From Candidatus Krumholzibacteriia bacterium (lineage in GTDB: Bacteria > Krumholzibacteriota > Krumholzibacteriia > LZORAL124-64-63), in contig JAZBOO010000003.1 of assembly GCA_036351155.1 (NCBI GenBank), forward strand, positions 1 to 19,508: 19,508 nt of DNA. Reading direction: 5' to 3'. Both the position numbers and the translations under genes were made by a program. Under the pieces are notes generated by a model. It was not told the DNA's origin. It made no database searches and was given only the letters and a program-made list of their open reading frames with translations. This document shows positions 7,001 through 14,299 of the stretch, one piece after another (the first letter of the stretch is position 1; each line of letters begins with the position of its first letter).

Positions 7001-9529
7001 TCAGAAGTTCAGCTTGATCAGGAACGGGTACTCCCCATTTTCCGGGTTCACCTGGGCCGCCTGCTGCAGGGCGGTCAAGCTGGCGCGGCGTTCGCCCAGC
7101 AAGCCCCGGTACAGGCTTTCGTTCAAGAGGGCGTTGCCCCGCACGAAACGATCCATCAGTTCCTTGTCTTCAATCCCCTGAAAAACCCGCGCCACCGGCC
7201 GTCGATTCTCCTGCAGGAATAGCAGGTTGGCCGCCGTGTTGCCGGGGAGCAGGCAGTCGGTGTCGAAGAAGTCGGTGTAGCTCAGATCATCGGTGTTGAT
7301 CCCCGTGCCCTGCCCCAGCGCGGCAATACCCGGCCCATCCAGCACCAGTGTGGCCGCCAGATGGTGCGGATCGATGTAGAAATCGTTGTCCTGGTCCAGC
7401 TTCGCCACCCTTTCTTGCCAGGCGGGAAAATCGAAATCCAGGGCCCGGTTGCTCCCCAGCAAAACCGCATGGTAATGACCTAGCCAGACGGAACAGTCGG
7501 GGAAGACCTCGGCGAAGGTGGCGATCAAGCCCAGCAGATCCTCTTGCCGCAACTTGTGCAGAGGCAGGTACTGGGACACCATCCCCCCGGGGTTCAGGTG
7601 CTCGCGGCACAGCTCGAAATAGTCGCGGGTGTAGAGATTGCCTGAACCCAGGATGGGGTGGGTCGGGTCACAGGAAATCAGGTCGAACTGACGGTTGGTT
7701 TTTTGCAGGAAGTGGCGTCCGTCTCCCGCCTCCACCGTCAGGCGAGGATCCTGCAGGACATTCCGGTTGCGATCCCGGTAGTGGACCGCCGCGTCCGTCA
7801 AGCCCTCCACCAGCTCCACGCAGGTGATGGTTTCCACCTCCCGGTGAGAAGCGATGGCCGAGGTGGTCACCCCGATCCCGAAACCGATCACCAGCACATC
7901 CTTGATCTCGGCACCCATCAGGAAGGGATAGTGCCCCACCATCTTGACCACCTTGATGGCATCGTAACTCGAGCCGATCACGGCGCTGTTGTTCACGAAG
8001 GTGTACTTGGCCTGGGTGCGTGTGTCGCGATCGCGCCCCACGGCAATGGTGCCCTCGACCGCCTCCTCGTAGTACAGGATCTCTCGATCGAACTTGATGA
8101 ATGAGGGCGGCAGGGTCCGGATTTCCGGCCGGATCACCAGCATGATCAAGGTCACCACCAGGACACCCGCGAGACTGGCCTTCAACACCGGGGAAAGCTC
8201 AACGCCCCGCCCCACCAGCAGCGCCCCGGCCGCCAGCCAGGCCGCCACGGCCAGAATGCCCAGAACCGCCCCGGGGCCAGGGATCAGCACAAAGGCCGCC
8301 ACCAGAGGACCGAAAACCGAGCCAATGGTGTTGACCATGAGCACAAAACCCACATCACCGGACATCCCCTGGCGGCTTGTGGTAAACATACTACAAACAA
8401 GCGGAAAGGCGAATCCCGACCCCACCGCCGGCGGAAACACGATCAGCAAGGCCGCCAGCACGGGAAAACCCAGGACACGCAGGCCGGGATCGGTGAGCAG
8501 GCCTTGCAACGGGAACATGAGCGCCTGAGGCAACTTGACCAGCAAGACCAGGCCCAGCAGGGTGGCCAGTGTCATGCCGGCCATCACCTGCACCAGACGC
8601 GCCGCCGTGGGCGCCTGGGAGGCCACCCATTTGCGGTACCAGGTGCTGCCGACAAAAATGCCCAGAATGGCCACGCTGCTGATCAACGCGAAGGTGTAAC
8701 TGGTATTGGTCAGGTACACCTTGAAGACGCGCATCCACAGGATCTGCAAGGTCAGCAAGGAAAATCCACACGCGAAGGCTCCCACCACGGCCGCCCGCAG
8801 GAGGTGGTCGCGGCGCATGCGGGAGGCCTCATCCCCGCGCTTGCGATTCTTCACCCGCACGACGGGTTGGTCTTCCACATCCAGCCCGGCCGTTTCCGCC
8901 AGCCGGAAGCGCCGATCCACCAGAGCCCAGATCCCCGTCACAGCATTGATCCCCACCGCCAGGAGAATGGTGCCCTTCTGGCCCACCGCGCCCAGCAAAA
9001 CGAATCCCGTGGCCAGTCCACCCAGAGCGCTGCCCAGGGTTTCGCTGGCGTAGAGGTGACCCAGCGCCGTGGTGATGGGTCGGCCTCCCTCGGCGGCCAG
9101 CCGACTGGCTACCGGAAACACGCCGCCCATCAGGAAGGCCGGCAGCACCAGCAGCACACCGGCCAGCAGGTACATGAGGACATCGGACATTCCCCCCGCG
9201 GCCGAAAAGCTCAGATACAGATGAGGAAAAACGTCGTGGAACAGGAAATAATTCAGCGCACTGACCGCGCCCATGCCCATGATCAGCAATCCGGTCAGTC
9301 CCCCCAGGTTCCGGCGTCCCACCGCACGGCGGCCCCAGAACAGGGCCCCATACCCGAAGCCCGCCATGAAACTGGCCAGCACGATGGTGGCCGAGGTCAC
9401 CGTGGACCCCAGAGTCAGGGACAGCAGACGGCTCCAGCTGACCTCGTAGACCAGGAAGGTGAACCCGGCCAGGAAAACAAGCAGGTGCACGGGATGACTG
9501 GGAAGGAAGCTTGATTTCCTGGAGGACAT
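7001..9529 (-). CDS. Fused polytopic membrane (MFS-like) / spermidine-synthase-like SAM-dependent transferase
   Basis: 842 aa. Two internally similar hydrophobic repeats (VYEVSWSRLL..., TLQILWMRVF...) precede a class I SAM-binding fold: VLVIGFGIGVT, VELVEG, GDGRHFL, FDLISCDPTHP, LNPGG. Confidence 0.88.
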   Translation of the reverse strand: MSSRKSSFLPSHPVHLLVFLAGFTFLVYEVSWSRLLSLTLGSTVTSATIVLASFMAGFGYGALFWGRRAVGRRNLGGLTGLLIMGMGAVSALNYFLFHDVFPHLYLSFSAAGGMSDVLMYLLAGVLLVLPAFLMGGVFPVASRLAAEGGRPITTALGHLYASETLGSALGGLATGFVLLGAVGQKGTILLAVGINAVTGIWALVDRRFRLAETAGLDVEDQPVVRVKNRKRGDEASRMRRDHLLRAAVVGAFACGFSLLTLQILWMRVFKVYLTNTSYTFALISSVAILGIFVGSTWYRKWVASQAPTAARLVQVMAGMTLATLLGLVLLVKLPQALMFPLQGLLTDPGLRVLGFPVLAALLIVFPPAVGSGFAFPLVCSMFTTSRQGMSGDVGFVLMVNTIGSVFGPLVAAFVLIPGPGAVLGILAVAAWLAAGALLVGRGVELSPVLKASLAGVLVVTLIMLVIRPEIRTLPPSFIKFDREILYYEEAVEGTIAVGRDRDTRTQAKYTFVNNSAVIGSSYDAIKVVKMVGHYPFLMGAEIKDVLVIGFGIGVTTSAIASHREVETITCVELVEGLTDAAVHYRDRNRNVLQDPRLTVEAGDGRHFLQKTNRQFDLISCDPTHPILGSGNLYTRDYFELCREHLNPGGMVSQYLPLHKLRQEDLLGLIATFAEVFPDCSVWLGHYHAVLLGSNRALDFDFPAWQERVAKLDQDNDFYIDPHHLAATLVLDGPGIAALGQGTGINTDDLSYTDFFDTDCLLPGNTAANLLFLQENRRPVARVFQGIEDKELMDRFVRGNALLNESLYRGLLGERRASLTALQQAAQVNPENGEYPFLIKLNF

Positions 9530-9549
9530 GGTCAGCCGTTCTTCTAGGT

Positions 9550-11118
9550 TTAATGGAAAGCCACCTGCAAGCCCACCAGCGAGGCCAGCAAGAGCGCACC
9601 GTACAGGATCACCTGGTTATCGGAACTGTAGAAGATTTCCTTGAGCGCGGGAAGCTTTCGTTCCCGCCACAGCGATTCGGCGGCCACCACCGCCAGTCCC
9701 GACAGGATGGTCAAGGCGGTGATGTTGAAATAGGCCACGCCGGGGAGCAAGCGCTCCAGGGCCAGCTTCCAGGGAATGGCCAGCAGCATCATGGCCAGCA
9801 CCAGTCCGGGGCGCGCGCGGAGCAAGAAAACCGCCGAGGCGATGAGAATCACGAACCCCACCTTGATGTAGTAGGAAGTGTCGTTGAACCAGTGCGTCAG
9901 AGCGAACTCGGGGTTGGTGAACTTGATGTAGACCTGAACCCCACCGAAGACCATACCGGCCACCAGGGTGACCAGGATGGCCCTGCGTCCGGCGGCCACC
10001 ACCTGAGCGTCGGTGGCCTCGGGCCGCAGGTGGCCCCGGAATATGTCCACCGACCACAGGGTGGACACCGAATTGAATATGGAATCGACACTGCTCATCA
10101 GGCTGGCGAAAAGACCACACAGCACCAGACCACGCAAACCCTTGGGCAACAACATGTTGACCAGCGTGGGATAGGCCCGATCGGGATCGGCCAGGGCATT
10201 GTCCTTCAGGATGCCCGCCAGGGCGATGGCCGGCACCACGATGATCAGGGCCATCACATACTTCAACACCCCGCTGGCCAGCAAGCCGATCTGGGCTTCC
10301 CGCACCGACTTCGCTGCCAGGGCCCGTTGCAGGATGATCTGGTTGCTGCCCCAGTAGTTCAAGTTCAGCAGCAGCATGGCGCCGATGGCGGTCCAGGGCA
10401 GCTTGGGGTGATCGGCCGGCAGGTGCAGGTGCATCAGGTCGGTCTGCTGGTACAGCTGCGACCAGCCCCCCAGCTTCTGCAGGGCCAGGAACAGCAGCGC
10501 AAAGCCGCCGCCCACCAGCAGGGTGAACTGGATGGCATCGGTGCGCACCACCGCCCGCAAGCCCCCCAGATAGGTGTACGTGGCCGAGAAGGCGCCCAGA
10601 ACCGCCATCATGATCAACACGCGGGTGGCCGGGTCGGCATGAATGTGCGCCACCTGCTCCGGGAACAGGGCGTTCACCGCATAGGCACCCCAGAACAGTG
10701 TGGTGCCCAGGTACAAGAATCCGTACAGCACCATGGTCAAGACGGAATAGGCCAGAGCCACGCGGGGCCCGAATCGATCGGCAAAGAACTGGCTGATGGT
10801 GGTCACCTTGAGCCGCAGATAAAGAGGCACGAACACGAAGGTGGCCATGAGTATACCGAAGACGGCGTTGATCTCCAGGTTGGCCTGGGCCAGCCCGTAT
10901 AGATAGGCCGAACCCGCCATGCCCAGGAAGTGTCCGGCATGGATGTTGGTCGCCACCGTGGACAGGGCGATGGCCTTCCAGCCCAGGCTGCGCCCACTCA
11001 GGAAAAACTCATCAGCGGTGGCCGGCCCCCGCTGGCGCGACAGCACGCCCACCGTCATCACTGTGACGAAATAGGCCAAGATGATCAGGACATCGATGTC
11101 AATCAGCAAGCGATACAT
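9550..11118 (-). CDS. Sodium:solute symporter (SSS/SLC5), SGLT-like sugar/polyol branch
   Basis: 522 aa, very hydrophobic. Motifs FFLSGRSL, GGLRAVVRTDAIQ, YWGSNQIILQRALAAK, ASLMSSVDS (Na2-site-like) and DRAYP. Confidence 0.92.
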   Translation of the reverse strand: MYRLLIDIDVLIILAYFVTVMTVGVLSRQRGPATADEFFLSGRSLGWKAIALSTVATNIHAGHFLGMAGSAYLYGLAQANLEINAVFGILMATFVFVPLYLRLKVTTISQFFADRFGPRVALAYSVLTMVLYGFLYLGTTLFWGAYAVNALFPEQVAHIHADPATRVLIMMAVLGAFSATYTYLGGLRAVVRTDAIQFTLLVGGGFALLFLALQKLGGWSQLYQQTDLMHLHLPADHPKLPWTAIGAMLLLNLNYWGSNQIILQRALAAKSVREAQIGLLASGVLKYVMALIIVVPAIALAGILKDNALADPDRAYPTLVNMLLPKGLRGLVLCGLFASLMSSVDSIFNSVSTLWSVDIFRGHLRPEATDAQVVAAGRRAILVTLVAGMVFGGVQVYIKFTNPEFALTHWFNDTSYYIKVGFVILIASAVFLLRARPGLVLAMMLLAIPWKLALERLLPGVAYFNITALTILSGLAVVAAESLWRERKLPALKEIFYSSDNQVILYGALLLASLVGLQVAFH

Positions 11119-11659
11119 CGACCGCCTCGCGGATGACGGCGCTTTCCACCTCGAAGAAGGACTCGGCGGTGAAGCTGAACAGGCGAGCGATGATGTTGGA
11201 GGGAAAAACCTCGATGCGCGTATTCAGGTCACGCACATTGGCGTTGAAGAAGCGGCGGGCGGCCTGAATGCGATCCTCGGTGTTGACCAGTTCCTTCTGC
11301 AATTCCAGAAAATTCGTGCTGGCCTTCAGGTCGGGATACTTCTCCGCCACCGCCAGCAGACGGCGCATGCTGGCCACCAGCAACTTCTCCTCGGCGGCCT
11401 TCTCGGCCACAGTCCCCTGCGAGGCATAGGCCTTGGCGCGGGCCTCGGTGACCCGGGCCAGGACTTCCTTCTCGTGCGTGGCGTAGCCCTTGACCGCTTC
11501 CACCAGGTTGGGGATCAGGTCGTACCGGCGTTTCAGCTCGGTGTCGATACCCGACCACGATTCGCGCACCTGCTGCCGGATGCGTACCAGAGCATTGTAG
11601 TTGGCGATGGCCCAGATCAGGATCAGGACCAGAATACCCAGAGGAATAGCCCAGCTCAC
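11099..11659 (-). CDS. lemA: LemA family protein
   Basis: 186 aa. N-terminal TM helix, then YNALV, WSGIDTELKRRYDLIPNLV, EKYPDLKAS, EDRIQAARRFFN and FPSNIIA. GTG start after AAGGA. Confidence 0.95.
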   Translation of the reverse strand: MSWAIPLGILVLILIWAIANYNALVRIRQQVRESWSGIDTELKRRYDLIPNLVEAVKGYATHEKEVLARVTEARAKAYASQGTVAEKAAEEKLLVASMRRLLAVAEKYPDLKASTNFLELQKELVNTEDRIQAARRFFNANVRDLNTRIEVFPSNIIARLFSFTAESFFEVESAVIREAVDVSLAD

Positions 11660-11660
11660 G

Positions 11661-12329
11661 TCACGTTCCTTTCAGCTGTTGCATCACGTAATCGGGGATC
11701 ATATCGACCAGTTCGTGGGCCAGCTTGACCCCCTCCTCGTAGTGGGCCGGCGCGCCGCGGCCCGACTTGCTGACCGCGATCTCGTTGTGTCCGAAGGCGA
11801 TGCTGAAATGCTTGGGCGCCCCCAGCAAGAATTCCATGGCCCGGGTGTGGAGCACGTCATAGGCCCATTTCCGGTCCGGCGAGGTCACGTAAAACGTCTT
11901 GCTGAATTCCACCGACTCGAAATCGATGTCATCGGCCCCCAGAAATTCGCCCACCTTGTCGAACACGTGCTCGCGGCGGATCTGCAGGGGAATGACCGGG
12001 TGATCCAGGCGCAGGATGGTCAAACAGTGCAAATGGGTCTGCTGGTTCTTGCCGCTGCCGGTGGTGTACTGGTAATCGAAGCACAGGACCTCCCGGCCCC
12101 GGAACCGCCCTGTGATCACGTTTTTGCCGTGCCGGGAATGCCCCTTCCCGAAGATCTTCAGGCCGGGAAAATCACGATCCCAGCCCTTGCGCTTGGAACT
12201 GTCGAAACGCCAGCCCTGACGCTTGGCCCAGGCACGCAGAACTTCCCGGCGCTTCTTCTCCTGGGAGTAGAAGAAGTAGGCCAGGCCGGCAATGACCACG
12301 ATGACAATCGGCAAGAATTCCAGGCGCAC
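11661..12329 (-). CDS. Hypothetical protein with one N-terminal TM helix (possibly DUF3137-like LemA partner)
   Basis: About 222 aa. TM segment FLPIVIVVIAGLAYFFY is followed by basic EKKRR and a soluble domain (DIDFESVEFSKTFYV). GTG 12329 sits 7 nt after GGAG; the ORF track start is TTG 12335. It fills the gap between atuA-like and lemA. Confidence 0.8.
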   Translation of the reverse strand: MRLEFLPIVIVVIAGLAYFFYSQEKKRREVLRAWAKRQGWRFDSSKRKGWDRDFPGLKIFGKGHSRHGKNVITGRFRGREVLCFDYQYTTGSGKNQQTHLHCLTILRLDHPVIPLQIRREHVFDKVGEFLGADDIDFESVEFSKTFYVTSPDRKWAYDVLHTRAMEFLLGAPKHFSIAFGHNEIAVSKSGRGAPAHYEEGVKLAHELVDMIPDYVMQQLKGT

Positions 12330-12339
12330 GCCCAATCTC

Positions 12340-14136
12340 CTATTTCAATCCCCGCAACAGGCCCGCCGGCACCTTGACCTTCATTTCCAGCAGGGCCTGG
12401 CTCATGGTTTTTCCCTGGGGGTCCACCAGCAGGCTGGTGGTGCCGCCCCCGCCCAGCGCCCCGTCCAGCAGGAAGTTCAACCCTTCCAGGTTGTCCAGCT
12501 CGAACCGGGTCACCTTGCCATGTACCCGGCCGGCGAAGAATTTCTTCACCTTGGCCGATGTCAGGTAGCGACGCAGCCAGGCGTACACCCGGGGAGATCG
12601 CGCCAGAACTCCGATGTTGCACATGTCGCCCTTGTCTCCGCTGCGGGCATAGCACAGCTGACGCAGCTTCACTTCCTTGAGGGCTCCCTTGGCCTGGAGG
12701 GCAACGGGTGGGCGCCTGGGTTCATCGCTGCGGACAGGTTCCCCCGCATCGCCACGCACCTGGAAGGGGATCTCCTGGAAATCCTCCACCCCGTCCGTGT
12801 CCAGGGTCAGCACCTTGGCCGACACCCCGTCGCGCCGCATCAGCGCCGGCCAGTAGGCCACCACCTGCTGCGGTCGGGGCCGTCCCCGGGTGGACACGGC
12901 CATGCCCGAAGGACCGGCTAGAATCAAGGCGGGCAGGGCCTTGCTGAAATCGTTGATCTTGTTCAGGTCCGGGTCCTGCACACCGAAGCGCAGGTATATC
13001 TCGTTGGTCTGACAGGCGGTCAGCGCCTCCGGCCAGATGGAGTTCATCCCCACCATGGCCGTGGCCGTCTTGGCAAACTGATGCCCCACCTTGCGCCAGA
13101 ACACCTCGGCCACGCAGTCGGCCTTCGCCTGAACGTCGGGACCGCTGATCAGGACCTCGCCCTCGGCCTTCCAGCCGTCCTCGTAGGCCATGGACACCTT
13201 GAACATTTCGGGCGCCGGCCCGCCCCGCACCCCGGACACCTTGACCTTGTCCCGGCCCACCTCTTCCACCTTGATGGTGTCGAAGAAAGCCACGCCATCG
13301 GGAGAAATGTACTGGGCGGGATCGCCCATCTCGTACACCAGCTGTTCCTTGACGGACTTCTCGCTGACCCGCCCCCCGGTTTTCTTGTGCTTGGTCACGT
13401 GGAATACGCCGTCACGGCCCATCTCGATGATGGGGTAGCCCATGTCGTGAAAGTGGGGTACCTCGTGCCAGTCGGTGATGTTCCCGCCCGACCCCTGGGC
13501 CCCACACTCGATGATGTGCCCGGCCACGATGCCGGCGGCCATCTTGTCCCAGTCGTCCATGGCCCAGCCGAATTCGTGGATCATCGGGGCCAGGGTCAGG
13601 CCCGTGTCGGTGACCCGCCCGGTCACCACGATTTGGCAGCCGGCGTCCAGGGCCGCCACCACCGGCTCGGCCCCCAGATAGGCGTTGGCCGAGGTCACCC
13701 GGTTGCGCACCGCGGTGAAATCGGCGCCGGTTTCCATGTTGGTGAACTTTTCCCCGGCGGCGGTCAGTTCGTACAGGCGGGTGGAAATATCGTCCCCATA
13801 AACCACGCCCACCTTGAGGTCCAGTCCCTGCTTGCGGGCCAGGGCCTGGATCTGGCGGCCCAGGCCAATGGGGTTGATGCCCCCGGCGTTGTTGATCACC
13901 CGGACGTTCTTTTCCACGATCAGGGGCAGGCAGGTTTGCAGCTGGGTCAAGAAATCGCCGGCGTAGCCCATTTCCGGGTTCCGCAGCTGCTGCTTCTTCA
14001 GGATGGACATGGTGATTTCCGCGAGAAAATCCATGGTGATGTAGTCCAGCGGGCCGCCCGTCAACTGTCTGCGCAGGGCATCCAGATCGTCTCCCCAGTA
14101 ACCGCCGGCGTTGCCAATTCGGATCTTCTTCTTCAC
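12340..14136 (-). CDS. atuA: Acyclic terpene utilization AtuA family protein (DUF1446), full-length two-domain form
   Basis: Motifs IRIGNAGGYWGD, DFLAEITM, NAYLG, TGRVTD, GHIIECGAQ, EQLVYE, and C-terminal RSGDKGD...DPQGK. GTG 14136 follows GGAAGGGA and gives MKKKIRIG. The symbol denotes family membership only. Confidence 0.9.
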   Translation of the reverse strand: MKKKIRIGNAGGYWGDDLDALRRQLTGGPLDYITMDFLAEITMSILKKQQLRNPEMGYAGDFLTQLQTCLPLIVEKNVRVINNAGGINPIGLGRQIQALARKQGLDLKVGVVYGDDISTRLYELTAAGEKFTNMETGADFTAVRNRVTSANAYLGAEPVVAALDAGCQIVVTGRVTDTGLTLAPMIHEFGWAMDDWDKMAAGIVAGHIIECGAQGSGGNITDWHEVPHFHDMGYPIIEMGRDGVFHVTKHKKTGGRVSEKSVKEQLVYEMGDPAQYISPDGVAFFDTIKVEEVGRDKVKVSGVRGGPAPEMFKVSMAYEDGWKAEGEVLISGPDVQAKADCVAEVFWRKVGHQFAKTATAMVGMNSIWPEALTACQTNEIYLRFGVQDPDLNKINDFSKALPALILAGPSGMAVSTRGRPRPQQVVAYWPALMRRDGVSAKVLTLDTDGVEDFQEIPFQVRGDAGEPVRSDEPRRPPVALQAKGALKEVKLRQLCYARSGDKGDMCNIGVLARSPRVYAWLRRYLTSAKVKKFFAGRVHGKVTRFELDNLEGLNFLLDGALGGGGTTSLLVDPQGKTMSQALLEMKVKVPAGLLRGLK

Positions 14137-14165
14137 GCTGAAATCCCTTCCGGACCATCTGGTCC

Positions 14166-14275
14166 TTGTCATTTCTCCATCTGGCCTGATAATAGGGGCG
14201 GCTCTCATCTCCCACTCGCGTGCGGCGTATCAGGGTGCCCCGGGCATTATCGACCCCAAATCCCTCTGGCCGCAA
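14166..14275. promoter_or_regulatory. Candidate pair of divergent-gene promoters
   Basis: Plus strand: TTGTCA (14166-14171), 16 nt, GATAAT (14188-14193). Minus strand: TTGCGG (14275-14270), 18 nt, GATAAT (14251-14246). Confidence 0.3.
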
Positions 14276-14299
14276 GCAAGGAAAGGTCCCGGACCGGAC

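Noticed and set aside
14111..14299. ORF-track N-terminal extensions of GH13 (from 14111) and AtuA (from 14208)
   Set aside because: They would overlap head-to-head and leave no promoter space. Starts at 14300 and 14136 fit the RBS-like motifs better, and for AtuA also the family N-terminus.
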